Shown one piece after another: positions 38,001 to 47,023 of a stretch of DNA of 64,000 nt. The notes below the pieces were generated by a model, which made no database searches, was not told the origin of the DNA, and was given only the letters and a program-made list of their open reading frames with translations. The stretch is from a virus. The stretch is taken from positions 1 to 64,000 of IMG/VR virus record IMGVR_UViG_3300035698_010358; one strand, written 5' to 3'. Numbering within the stretch: position 1 is the first letter of the stretch; each line of letters starts with the position of its first letter. Both the position numbers and the translations under genes were made by a program.

Positions 38001-40410
38001 TGGAGCATCTACTGGTGATGGCCAGGCAGCTTTACTTCAAGCTCCTATTGCTCGATCTTATCTCTGCCCAACGGGTACAGGTTCTCGGAAACTGTACGAT
38101 AGACTTATTCTTCGGAACCGTCTGTTGCCTGGTGGTGGTCCTTTCAGCAGCATGGATGCCCACGACATCGAATCCCAGATTCAGCTCCAAGTTCTGACGG
38201 GTAACACCAAAGCAGGATTGGAATCAGGTCTGTATGGAACAGCTGCTCGTTCAGCTACAGTTCGACCTTCCACTATTAGTGGGCAAGTTGGCTTCGTAGG
38301 TGGCATGGACGGTGATGGTGAGCCTTTGGTCATCTTCTATGATGGTGCAGGGACAGTGGCAGCTAACAACATTCTCAAGTTCGATGTGGATGGGACTCCA
38401 GTTGAAGTTATCTTCGATGCTGATTCCACGGGGATATCTACTAACCTCGGCCCCATTTCGGATGACGACTCGATTCTGGGTCAAATCAAAGTGGCAATGG
38501 CTACCGTACCGGGTGCTCCTTTCGGGGATGCAGCCAATATCGTCAGTAGCTTCTACCTGCGACAAGAAGGTGCAGGGTTCCGTATCACTGGTGTTGAAAC
38601 TAGCAGCAACTCTAAGGTTTCTGTTGGCTCGGGTTCGGCAAACGGTGTGTTGGGTATTTCTTCTGGAACAGTAGCCCTTCGAAACACGGTATCTGTCAGG
38701 AAGCTGGCTTCCGCTCTGATGGCTAACAGACATGCAAACTTCACGACTTGGTTGCTGACTCTTGCTTCTGCCGACCTTTCCTTCTCCCGGGATGGTTTGG
38801 CTAGAGTAGAAGAAGATGCAGTGGGTGCTCAATATCTCTACTTGCAGGATGCTCCGACAGTCGTATCCGAACTGGGATCTCAGTCTTCAGTTGAAGTCCT
38901 GAACACCCAGAGCCAGATTGACGATGCCTTGGCTTATGACACGGGTCTGAATGCTAAAGAAGGTGATGGTGCTTCTGGTGAACCTGCTTTGGATGGTTTC
39001 TTCGTGAAATCTAGTATTTCCGATGGTTCTGGTTCTATCAACGAATCCCAGCTTAACCCTTCCGGAGACGGAACAGGTCAGGACGGAATCGTTGGTCAAA
39101 CCTACCGTGATGAAATCACTGGCCTGACATTCACTCTGCTGCCTCGTGGTTGGAGTACCGACCCGAATGGCCCGTGGCTCCAGTACCCAACAGGAACTAA
39201 CTCCACGTTCCGTATCCAGGTTAGTAAGTCGTTCACATCGGATGCAAACATACCTCATAATGCCCTTAACGGTGTCGAGCTGACCGTAGCAAATACCGTA
39301 GGCGTTGGTGTTGAGGATACAGCAACGGTAGAGACTTTCAAACGTGGTGGAAATGAACCGTCTATCGGTGACTTGTACTACACTTCGTACATCTACCAGA
39401 AACAGGACTTTGCAACGGCATTTTACACCAAGATGTTTTCCATCGAACAGGCTTACGGAAGTATCGGAGTAGATTCTCCCTTAACACTGGCTTCTGACTT
39501 GGCAGTGCTGAATGGTGCCATTCTGGTGGGCCTGAAGCAGATTCCTCGTGAGTCTGGTGAACCTTATGCTAGCCTGATAGACTATCGTGATGCTATCAAA
39601 GAACTGGAAGGCACACTTCCAGGCTTCGTAAATCCCGATATCATCACACCACTTCGCGGTGATTCATCGGACTTGTATCAGTATCTGAAACAGTCTAATG
39701 AACTGATGTCTTCTATCCGGTACAAATCGGAACGAACTTCCATCATCGGTATGGCAGCAGGTTCTTTACCTGAAGCATGTGGTGACTTAGCCCAGTCCCT
39801 TGAAAACACTCGTATGCGGTTGGTTTACCCAGACTTTGCAGTGGTTTCTATCACAGATGCTTTGGGTAACAGTACAGATGAGTTGATGGATGGCCCAATG
39901 CTGGCAGCAATGTTGGTAGGTTCCGTGGTGTCCCCGAACCTCGATGTGGCAACCCCGTGGACAGGCCGACGATTGGTTGGGGCCCGGCAGCTAGGACGCA
40001 ACCTTGATGCCGTTGAACAGAATTTGTTGGCTACCAAGGGTGTTACAGTTCTCGAAGACAAACCTCCGTTCATTCGTGTACGACATGGTTTGACAACGGA
40101 CATGACGAATGTTCTGACCAAACTGCCAACCATTGTCTTGATCGCAGATGAAGTTCAGCGTCAATCCCGACAACTCTTGGAAAACTTCGTGGGAATCAAG
40201 TTCCTGCCTGGTATCCTGTCACAGGTTGAAGGCCGGATGGCAATGCTGCTCAAACAGTTGGTGTCTGCTCAGATCATCACAGCTTACACAGGTATCAAAG
40301 CATCTGTAGCAGCAGATGATCCAACCGTTGCCGAGGTAGAGGCTTGGTACAGTCCGGTTTTCCCACTTTTGTATATGGTCCTGACTTTTCACCTCCGGTC
40401 CTCACTTTAG
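35092..40410 (+). CDS. Contractile tail sheath protein (1772 aa)
   Basis: N-terminal YAPPGVYT; C-terminal RVRHGLTTD...YSPVFPLLYMVLTF; many inserted beta domains. Confidence 0.85.
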   Translation: MAFPGKSYAPPGVYTRTLFENPLSGAIDSFKIPIFIGEGNEHLVQKNLEVVRGSSRDIDQKIVGEDEAGRAVVSVTQAGVITLGDFDGTLDKIQVRKYPITDGQGSGTTTNSRSDVVVTINNQIMVVRQVDGATGVIKLAQPPRVTDEVRVTYFFKRTDTLTTDDVSDQVNPDPAVVRGVNGIADVDSPVGQEGSIGSGAVIDLHGDITNASGQVVVPANNVLNLVIDGVKYTITLAARNDYTMSQIAAAITAANKGTLTASAFINNFGLSALLLNASGSIVVSAGSANALLGLITGSADTRTSTFYTFEGPIVDGSNGGVTTTDPAKVVVKVNNTQVIPVSVNGSTRAVTLSAAPKAGATVTIQYWFNAWQDTFDYLQHNGITEITKCGVAPESKSYVQETDFVLKDDKIVWGTAALVSSGIHTSGASLFGETQITSTLIDNKTFLSTCTPVVQSSGGISSDNRMDFTLPFQPTLGNGRNTPLGQSLFQTVSNGRIDLPTNRPDVVDVYWGYDVQDALDRGKVEVDKVEGITVSLAESVPVGAIVFASFWYNLLTDEEYTITCVNPGASGSGTYTIIDKGDSEVYGVTLNTGTKGSSLNGVTLEFPSGSELTPDLHFEGLSGDDFVGPVEEIVTVQFSSRVATPAKWTMPGAGPYEFIKSYSDRLRIKLHTYESVGVVGLNLDNPSGSAAIAGHGGGFFASVVGDEVDYTGGVGATIGQSYSLAAAEDFYLQVDDANILVKTSSTVTDVDVSYFADVINEAASGHQALALTGGSNVIGLPHTKSDVNNYYVGWRVVIGNHALSGATPGQYRTITAYDGTTWEATVDSAWAGGSVSVNTPYYIYNPDARSTMVGATEFNGPVTITAGAHDKLNFAYIGDVVSVAFEITLTPGTYATPVLLATEVQDQIDTELAAAGAAAAGLNIECTANAQAKLQFKIQHAGLNAAGYIQFLDSTSSPDEDFAVIAGLDTGASTGDGQAALLQAPIARSYLCPTGTGSRKLYDRLILRNRLLPGGGPFSSMDAHDIESQIQLQVLTGNTKAGLESGLYGTAARSATVRPSTISGQVGFVGGMDGDGEPLVIFYDGAGTVAANNILKFDVDGTPVEVIFDADSTGISTNLGPISDDDSILGQIKVAMATVPGAPFGDAANIVSSFYLRQEGAGFRITGVETSSNSKVSVGSGSANGVLGISSGTVALRNTVSVRKLASALMANRHANFTTWLLTLASADLSFSRDGLARVEEDAVGAQYLYLQDAPTVVSELGSQSSVEVLNTQSQIDDALAYDTGLNAKEGDGASGEPALDGFFVKSSISDGSGSINESQLNPSGDGTGQDGIVGQTYRDEITGLTFTLLPRGWSTDPNGPWLQYPTGTNSTFRIQVSKSFTSDANIPHNALNGVELTVANTVGVGVEDTATVETFKRGGNEPSIGDLYYTSYIYQKQDFATAFYTKMFSIEQAYGSIGVDSPLTLASDLAVLNGAILVGLKQIPRESGEPYASLIDYRDAIKELEGTLPGFVNPDIITPLRGDSSDLYQYLKQSNELMSSIRYKSERTSIIGMAAGSLPEACGDLAQSLENTRMRLVYPDFAVVSITDALGNSTDELMDGPMLAAMLVGSVVSPNLDVATPWTGRRLVGARQLGRNLDAVEQNLLATKGVTVLEDKPPFIRVRHGLTTDMTNVLTKLPTIVLIADEVQRQSRQLLENFVGIKFLPGILSQVEGRMAMLLKQLVSAQIITAYTGIKASVAADDPTVAEVEAWYSPVFPLLYMVLTFHLRSSL

Positions 40411-40454
40411 TCAATGATTTCAGGCACTTACATAGCTTGAATAAAGAACTTGAT

Positions 40455-40497
40455 AACCTCCTAGGGTCTTGCTAATATGACCCTAGGAGGTTTTTTT
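40455..40497 (+). terminator. Rho-independent terminator
   Basis: AACCTCCTAGGGTC/GACCCTAGGAGGTT stem plus T7. Confidence 0.85.
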
Positions 40498-40935
40498 ATG
40501 AACATCCCACAATTTAATAAAGCAACAGAAGAAATTTTACCCGTCTCCCTTACCTGTGCAAGTATTCGAACGGAATGTGTACAGGCTTCAATCCAATCAC
40601 GAATGGAAGTGAGGGGTCATTGGGTCTGTGAAATAACAGAGGTTTTAGAAAACACATTTACTGCAAAAATCACTGGAGATAATGATCATCCTACTGATAG
40701 GAATTTTGCCACATTTCAAAATAATAACATATTAGATCATGAAAAAAAACGGATACAACTCGGATCCCGGTTTTATTGGGATATTGGATATGAAACATGC
40801 CCCACAGGTCAACGTAAGATTTTCTCCGTAGTTCATTTCCGAAGGTTTCCGATATATATTGAGTCTGATTTCAGGGAAGCAGAAGAAAAAAGTAAAAACC
40901 TTGTAAGGCTATTCAAAAAAGCTAAGACTATTTAA
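40498..40935 (+). CDS. Hypothetical protein
   Basis: GGAGG in the terminator stem precedes the ATG; 145 aa. Confidence 0.55.
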   Translation: MNIPQFNKATEEILPVSLTCASIRTECVQASIQSRMEVRGHWVCEITEVLENTFTAKITGDNDHPTDRNFATFQNNNILDHEKKRIQLGSRFYWDIGYETCPTGQRKIFSVVHFRRFPIYIESDFREAEEKSKNLVRLFKKAKTI

Positions 40936-40936
40936 G

Positions 40937-40971
40937 AAAAAAGCCCCGGCCATTACGGTCGGGGCTTTTTT
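40937..40971. terminator. Bidirectional terminator between convergent genes
   Basis: A6-GCCCCG/CGGGGC-T6. Confidence 0.9.
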
Positions 40972-40986
40972 CTTGGTCTCTGAGGA

Positions 40987-42759
40987 TTAACCCTCATCTA
41001 CGGGGTATTTCTTTTTCATATTCACGTCACCGAACCCCAAGTCTTTTAAGCTGTTCTTCATTGAGGCTCGGATGGCATCCGATGCTTTGATGATACCAAA
41101 AGTTACAGCATGGGCAATGATTTCATTGAGGGTGTAGTCGGTATTTTCCAACAGTAGGTTAATGTCTTTCTGCATCAGGTTGTCCGGGAAAAGAACAACA
41201 TGGACGGTAGAGGGGCATTTTTTGTTATCCAGGTCTTCTTTCACGAGGGTCTCCAAGGATTTCTTTTCAAGAGCTTTTTCAGCTACGGTGGGAGTTTTTA
41301 CGAGATCTGTCACAGAAGAGATTGGGTAGTCTTTTTCCGTGATAGGTTCCAAATTGACGGCATGTCCTTGTGAGATAAGCCATCCAACCAAATCCTTAAT
41401 AACTTCACAGGTTTGGTTGATGTAGGATTGAGGGTTGTTGTGGTATGTGTTTAGGAATCTCACTACCTGGGTTTTCGTGATTTTATTGACCTTGGAAGTT
41501 CTCCCCATATCTATGAGGAATTGTGGGATGGTTATTTGGTGGTGTGTTGTACCTTTGGTTTTGAAGTTGTTAGGGTCTTCATCAAGATATCCTCTAACAG
41601 CTGTTTCCAAGAATATAGAGGCTGCTGTTTCCTTGTGTTTTTCTATCCCCAGTTCTTCTTTTGAAGGCAGTGAGACATCGATCAATTCCTTAGCTTGGAG
41701 CCATGAAAAAAACTGTTTTAAGATCGAGTGTTTTGATCTCAGTGTTGATTTTTCATATCTGAAACTTGCTGATTTAAAGTACAGTTCCAGAGAGTGTTCT
41801 GTGATCTCCTTGGTATTTACGATGTTTGCGGATACGGTCAAGAAATTTACAAGATCCTCCACAGAGAATTTGTGTTGGTCTTTCGTACCCTGTTTGGATT
41901 TCTGGACTCTTAGAGGAAGGTCTGTGAAATATTTCTGAACGGCTTTATTCAGAGTCATATCTTTTGAAACATCGGTTTCTATTTCTGGTGCCACCGTTAT
42001 TTCTTGGGTGCTTAACACGTTGGACACGTTTTGGGTTACTATTTCCTTTGTTTTTGGGGGTTTTGTATCTGTCCCAAATAAGCCTGAAAGCTCCTCGATA
42101 CCGTCAGAGCGGTGGTCGAAAGGGATTTCATCTTTTCCTGGGGTGTATTGATATTTTGTGCTTTCTTTTCCCATGTTGATCTCCTTTATATTTCCGTCAG
42201 TTATAAGCATTTTGATTCCTTTTTTGGCATCTGTTTCTGAGAGGTTATAGAAACTCCTTATGTCTATGAGTGTTGGGTTTTTGGGGTAATAGTCTCTTTC
42301 TTCTTCATTGAAACAGTACCTGATGTAGTTTTTGATAATTTTCTTTGGCCATAGGCGTTTGAAGTCAGGGGTGAAGGGGTCGATTTTGAACCCAGGACTA
42401 AAACAAACTTTTTCTATGCGGTTTCTCAGCCAATCTGTGGGTTGATATTGAGTTTCTTTATATCTCGTCAATATCTTGATAAAACCTTTACCAGCCATTT
42501 TCTTGAGGTATTTTTCCCTGGAGTCTGCCCTCAATTCTTTAACACGAACAGGCCGGTTCCAGTTTTTGTTGGCATAACCGGGGTCTTTTAATTTGCCTTT
42601 TTTGAAAGCATCATCTTTTTCCTTTTTTTCTTGTTTCAGGAGATTATGGATTTCTTTTTCTGACCAGCTTCCGTTATAGCCGTCCCCTGCCTTGAGTGTA
42701 ACACATGAGATTTCCAACCAGTGCATGTTTATGTAAGTGTAAGTTGACATTTTTTTCAA
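40987..42759 (-). CDS. Multidomain DNA-binding protein: winged helices plus two integrase core-binding-like domains, no catalytic domain seen
   Basis: EITEHSLELYF..YEKSTLRSKHSILKQFFSWL and KITKTQVVRFL..PQSYINQTCEVIKDLVGWL; only credible minus-strand gene. Confidence 0.6.
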   Translation of the reverse strand: MKKMSTYTYINMHWLEISCVTLKAGDGYNGSWSEKEIHNLLKQEKKEKDDAFKKGKLKDPGYANKNWNRPVRVKELRADSREKYLKKMAGKGFIKILTRYKETQYQPTDWLRNRIEKVCFSPGFKIDPFTPDFKRLWPKKIIKNYIRYCFNEEERDYYPKNPTLIDIRSFYNLSETDAKKGIKMLITDGNIKEINMGKESTKYQYTPGKDEIPFDHRSDGIEELSGLFGTDTKPPKTKEIVTQNVSNVLSTQEITVAPEIETDVSKDMTLNKAVQKYFTDLPLRVQKSKQGTKDQHKFSVEDLVNFLTVSANIVNTKEITEHSLELYFKSASFRYEKSTLRSKHSILKQFFSWLQAKELIDVSLPSKEELGIEKHKETAASIFLETAVRGYLDEDPNNFKTKGTTHHQITIPQFLIDMGRTSKVNKITKTQVVRFLNTYHNNPQSYINQTCEVIKDLVGWLISQGHAVNLEPITEKDYPISSVTDLVKTPTVAEKALEKKSLETLVKEDLDNKKCPSTVHVVLFPDNLMQKDINLLLENTDYTLNEIIAHAVTFGIIKASDAIRASMKNSLKDLGFGDVNMKKKYPVDEG

Positions 42760-42845
42760 TCCTTTTGTTTATAGTCCAATTAATTGTCAGTGTTTCTTAT
42801 ACCCTAAAAAAAAGGAATTTTTATTTTGGGGTATGAAAACAGTTC

Positions 42846-42873
42846 TTGACAGTGGCTAGAAAGTGTGTATTAT
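42846..42873 (+). promoter_or_regulatory. Sigma70-type promoter
   Basis: TTGACA-16 nt-TATTAT upstream of the MerR gene. Confidence 0.65.
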
Positions 42874-42899
42874 AGAGAGGCATGAAAGGAGTTTTGCCG

Positions 42900-43286
42900 A
42901 TGAAATATACGATTAGAGAACTGGCAAAGAAGACGGGGGTAACAGCCCGGACGATTCGTTATTGGATTACGGAGCAACTTATTCCGTCTCCAAACGGTTC
43001 CGGGCATGGGGCGGTTTCCACCGAGAAACACATGGAGGCCATTCTTCGGGTAAAGGAGATGAAAGATAAACAGGGTTTGACTCTGGCTGCCATCAAAATC
43101 AATCAGGGTTTCCCTGAAAACGAGGCAGTAGCATTACGAACCAGGCGGTTGACACATCTAGCACTAATTCCAGGAGTAGATTTGCTGATAGACGACAGTG
43201 TAGCCCCGCAACACAAACGATTAATCATTAAGGCCCTGTCAGATGTGGCCAAGACATTACCAACAGACAAAGGAGGACGATCATGA
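42900..43286 (+). CDS. MerR-family HTH regulator
   Basis: YTIRELAKKTGVTARTIRYWITEQLIPSP..GLTLAAIK; AAGGAG RBS. Confidence 0.9.
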   Translation: MKYTIRELAKKTGVTARTIRYWITEQLIPSPNGSGHGAVSTEKHMEAILRVKEMKDKQGLTLAAIKINQGFPENEAVALRTRRLTHLALIPGVDLLIDDSVAPQHKRLIIKALSDVAKTLPTDKGGRS

Positions 43287-45787
43287 GGTTAAAACCTATA
43301 GGGAACAGAATAACAGAAGCTGGCACAGGTGTAGAAATACCTCTAGCAATGCAGAGGATGGATTTGGCTGGCCGTGTAACTCCAGCAGGGGCCATGCTGA
43401 GGGTAACTCACCAATTCAAGACAGAAGGGCGGTCTGAACCTTTGGAGGCCATATATACATTTATGCTGCCTCGTAACGGAACCCTTCGACGGTTCATCGT
43501 CAAAGGGGAGGATTTCGAGGTTGAGTCCAAACTCGAACCTCGTGAAGAAGCCCGTGAAGAATACGAAGAAGGCATGGAAGCAGGACATCTTTCTGTGTTG
43601 GCTGAAGCTAATATTGATGGCATGGTGTCCTTGTCTGTTGGCCAGATTCAACCTGATGAAACCGTGACTGTTGTAATGGATATCGTGTCGGGTGTCGAGA
43701 TCAAAGATAACACCTACCGTTTCCGTTTCCCGTTTACTCTGGCCCCTAATTACCATGCAAGTGCCACGGCACCCTCCACTAAAGAAGGTAGGAAGGTTAC
43801 GCTGCCTTCGGATGTGTTCGGTGACATTATCCTTCCTGAATGGAAAAATGATGCTTCTGGCCTGCATCAGGTATCTTTCAATATAAATGTTGAAGCTGCC
43901 GGTAAGTTGGATTCCGTATCGTCTCCATCTCACCGTATCTTGGTTCGACCAAGTGGGGAAGGTTCTGCCCAAATCGAACTGTCAGGTGCGGGAGACGTTC
44001 CGAACCGTGATTTGGTGATTGAAGTGCAGGCAAAAGAAGTTGAAGCCTCTGTGTTTGCTGATGCAAAGTTGGTCTCCAAGAAGTCCAGCAAGGATGACCC
44101 CAAGGTTCCGAAGGGTGCCCCTCGATGGACGGTAGTGGTTCCTTCAAGTCTGCTTCCGAAAGCAAAGAAGGCTCCCCGAAAAGTCTGTTTCATCGTAGAC
44201 GACTCTGGCTCGATGCAAGGGCAGCCCATTGAGCAGGCTAAATTGGCAATACGTGCTTGTTTGTCAACTCTCCGTCCGACGGATGAGTTTGGCCTGATTT
44301 ATTTCGGGTCTAACTACCATACATTCGATGCTGGTATGGCCAAGGCCACGGATGCTAACCGAAAGTGTGCTGATAAATTTATCAGCCAAATCCATGCCAA
44401 CAGTGGTGGGACTGAGTTGGCTCCAGCCCTTGGTCAGGCCATCAGTGTTTTGGGTGGTTCTGGTGGGGACATTTTCTTGATGACAGATGGCCAAGTGTTT
44501 GAAACAGGCACTATCGTTGAGCAATGTGCTGCAGCAGGGACAAGAGTTCATGTCCTTGGTATTGGTTCAGCCAGTCAGGACCGTTTCCTTTCCAGCCTTG
44601 CTCGTCGGAGTGATGGTGTTCAGAAGATGGTTGGTACGAACGAGGATGTTACGGCCAATGCCCTGGAGTTATTCAATTCCGTTAAACAGCCTGTGCAGAC
44701 GGACCTCAAGGTTTTCGTCGTCACTGGTAAGAAGATGTCACAGGAACATCAGGTTGATACCATCTGGGATGGTTATCCTGTGTTGCTGACAGATGACGGG
44801 ACTACTGGCCTGAATGCTCCGCAGACGGTGACGTTCACTTGGGGTCGTGGGAAGAAGGTCAAAGTTCCCGTGAGTTACACTCAAGAAGTTCCGAACGGTT
44901 TGTCTGGTCTGTTGTATGCTGGTCGTCAGGTGGAAGACCTTGAAACAGCATTGGATGCTGCTCTAAAAGACGGCCCTGAAAAAAAATCTGTCGAAACTAC
45001 CTTGAAGGCTATTTCTACGGTTTATGGATTAGCCAGTCAGGTGATGTCTCTGATAGCTATCGTGAAACGTGCCGGAGACCAAAAAAGCCAACAGGTGAAA
45101 CAACAGATCATAGCTGTTGGTACCCCTGAAGGGATGAGTAGTGGTGGGATTTTCCGTAGTGCCTCCTGTAATGCCTCCTATGGAGCATCAGTCCAATGTT
45201 GCACTCAGAGCCTCGGACTCAGGGACAGTGGTGATGGTTCCAGAGGTTTGAGTCGGGGCATGACGACGAAATCCCTTCTGATAGGCGATTCTGCCAGCAG
45301 TGAGGTCTACGGTAGCAGTTCTGGTACGATGAACTGGATGGAGTATGAACCCGAATGTACCCCTAAAGAATCCTTAGCTCCGAGAAGTTTCCAGAGAAGT
45401 TTCCAGAGGAAGGAAATTCAGTTTGAGGACTCGGATATTAAGAGTTCCGACTTGTTTAACGAGCTTGCCGGACTGCAATCCGACGGTGGTTTGCCCGGCT
45501 TAACCCGGAAAAAACGTGCCCACGAGACAGTAATTCTGGCTTTGATGGCCTACATTGCCGACAAAGACAGTGCTGCCCCGAAGTATGCCCTTCATATCGA
45601 ACGGATGCTGGACTTCCTGAACCACTACCTCGACCTGAACGTTGGAAAAGACCCCAACATGGCCAAAGCTGTTGGAATCCTTGAGGCTGGTCAGGATCAG
45701 GTGAATGAGGAGTGCCAGGAACATCTCCTGAATCCATGCTCTTGTGATCCTGAAGTGATTTGGGTGCATGTAGGTCAGTCTCTCTGA
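43283..45787 (+). CDS. VIT plus von Willebrand A domain protein
   Basis: PLEAIYTFMLP..EAREEYEE (VIT); MIDAS FIVDDSGSM, GGTEL, FLMTDGQ, VHVLGIG. Confidence 0.9.
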   Translation: MRLKPIGNRITEAGTGVEIPLAMQRMDLAGRVTPAGAMLRVTHQFKTEGRSEPLEAIYTFMLPRNGTLRRFIVKGEDFEVESKLEPREEAREEYEEGMEAGHLSVLAEANIDGMVSLSVGQIQPDETVTVVMDIVSGVEIKDNTYRFRFPFTLAPNYHASATAPSTKEGRKVTLPSDVFGDIILPEWKNDASGLHQVSFNINVEAAGKLDSVSSPSHRILVRPSGEGSAQIELSGAGDVPNRDLVIEVQAKEVEASVFADAKLVSKKSSKDDPKVPKGAPRWTVVVPSSLLPKAKKAPRKVCFIVDDSGSMQGQPIEQAKLAIRACLSTLRPTDEFGLIYFGSNYHTFDAGMAKATDANRKCADKFISQIHANSGGTELAPALGQAISVLGGSGGDIFLMTDGQVFETGTIVEQCAAAGTRVHVLGIGSASQDRFLSSLARRSDGVQKMVGTNEDVTANALELFNSVKQPVQTDLKVFVVTGKKMSQEHQVDTIWDGYPVLLTDDGTTGLNAPQTVTFTWGRGKKVKVPVSYTQEVPNGLSGLLYAGRQVEDLETALDAALKDGPEKKSVETTLKAISTVYGLASQVMSLIAIVKRAGDQKSQQVKQQIIAVGTPEGMSSGGIFRSASCNASYGASVQCCTQSLGLRDSGDGSRGLSRGMTTKSLLIGDSASSEVYGSSSGTMNWMEYEPECTPKESLAPRSFQRSFQRKEIQFEDSDIKSSDLFNELAGLQSDGGLPGLTRKKRAHETVILALMAYIADKDSAAPKYALHIERMLDFLNHYLDLNVGKDPNMAKAVGILEAGQDQVNEECQEHLLNPCSCDPEVIWVHVGQSL

Positions 45788-45805
45788 TTTTTAACCTTCC
45801 TCAAT

Positions 45806-45862
45806 AAAACGGGGCTGTTTCTTATGAGACTGCCCCGTTTCTTATGAGACTGCCCCGTTTTT
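45806..45862 (+). terminator. Terminator with a 20-nt tandem duplication
   Basis: AAAACGGGGC...GCCCCGTTTT; gtttcttatgagactgcccc occurs twice in tandem. Confidence 0.75.
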
Positions 45863-45960
45863 CCGTCTCCATGACTCGGTAGGGAGCCTATAATACCAAT
45901 AATTGTAAGGGTTGATGATTACATGCCCAATTTGAGTTTCCTATGACGGAGGTTTTTGAC

Positions 45961-46797
45961 ATGCCGAACACAGATAACAATAATGCCAACATCGGGGTGG
46001 GTGGTACTTCGTACTTGTACGATTACGGGACTAGCCCCAATACTCGAACAGCAGTTTCTCAGAAAGTCAGAATTCTGACACCTCACATGGGGAATACGAG
46101 TACGATGGCTCAGATGGGGGTGTTATCTCAGTTCAACCCAAGCCAGAGTCGTACCGTTGAACCTGTTCGAGGAATTGGTTTTGGTGATCAGGTTGCCGAA
46201 TTGGTCCCGTCCGTAACGGAACCAACAACAGGAAACTTTGAACGAGCACTTCTGTACCTGTGCAACTTGTGGCAAGCCACTGGTTATGCTTCGGGTGTAG
46301 ATGGCCCAGTTCGTTCCTTGGCTCATCACAAATGGCCTTTCGATATTGAACAACAGGTTGTTTTCAGTACATTGGCTGATGTGGATATGGGAGCACCGAA
46401 TGAAGGTGTTGGATTTGATCCCGGTACTTTCAACGGTGGTGTAAGCCAGGTAGCTTACGGAGCTATCACTCCTAATCAGGAAGGTACCCCGGCAGATGAG
46501 TCCCAACGTGGTCACTCTGCCATCATCACTGTCTATGAAGCCTGCTGGTTTACCAGTTGGTCTACGACATTTGCTAAAGATTCCGGCCTCATCATGGAAT
46601 CCGGTGATGTTACCGTCAGTGATGTCCATGACTTCGCCAGTGTTTACGGTGAGTTCTTGGCAACTGGTAATGACCCAACAATTGGCCAGCTTGGTTCTGT
46701 CCGATATGCAGAGTCAGGGTACAATGTGGCTGGTGCTGCTGGTCGTCAGACCGTTGGTGCTGCTGGCCAAGGCTTCGCAGCCGTTGGTGCTACTTAA
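45961..46797 (+). CDS. Tail tube protein
   Basis: GGAGG RBS; QSRTVEPVRGIG..ELVP, PFDIEQ, TVYEACWFTSWS; precedes chaperones and tape measure. Confidence 0.8.
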   Translation: MPNTDNNNANIGVGGTSYLYDYGTSPNTRTAVSQKVRILTPHMGNTSTMAQMGVLSQFNPSQSRTVEPVRGIGFGDQVAELVPSVTEPTTGNFERALLYLCNLWQATGYASGVDGPVRSLAHHKWPFDIEQQVVFSTLADVDMGAPNEGVGFDPGTFNGGVSQVAYGAITPNQEGTPADESQRGHSAIITVYEACWFTSWSTTFAKDSGLIMESGDVTVSDVHDFASVYGEFLATGNDPTIGQLGSVRYAESGYNVAGAAGRQTVGAAGQGFAAVGAT

Positions 46798-47023
46798 TCC
46801 AGGTCGTCCTTGATTGCTTGGGTAAAGTACAGGTTATAACTGGGGAAATAACCCAGCAGCCTGTTAAGACGAACAGATGTACAGATAGACAACGACTTGA
46901 GCTATTTTCCTCTCCCATCAGGGAGATGGTCTGACTTACCTATTGAAACGGACTGACAAGCTCAATCTTGTGCTATCCAGGGCTGCAGGGTTGTTTTCCT
47001 TTAACAGAAGGGAAATAACGAAA

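Noticed and set aside
40987-42759. Functional integrase marking a prophage or island
   Set aside because: No catalytic tyrosine-recombinase motifs or att-like repeats were seen
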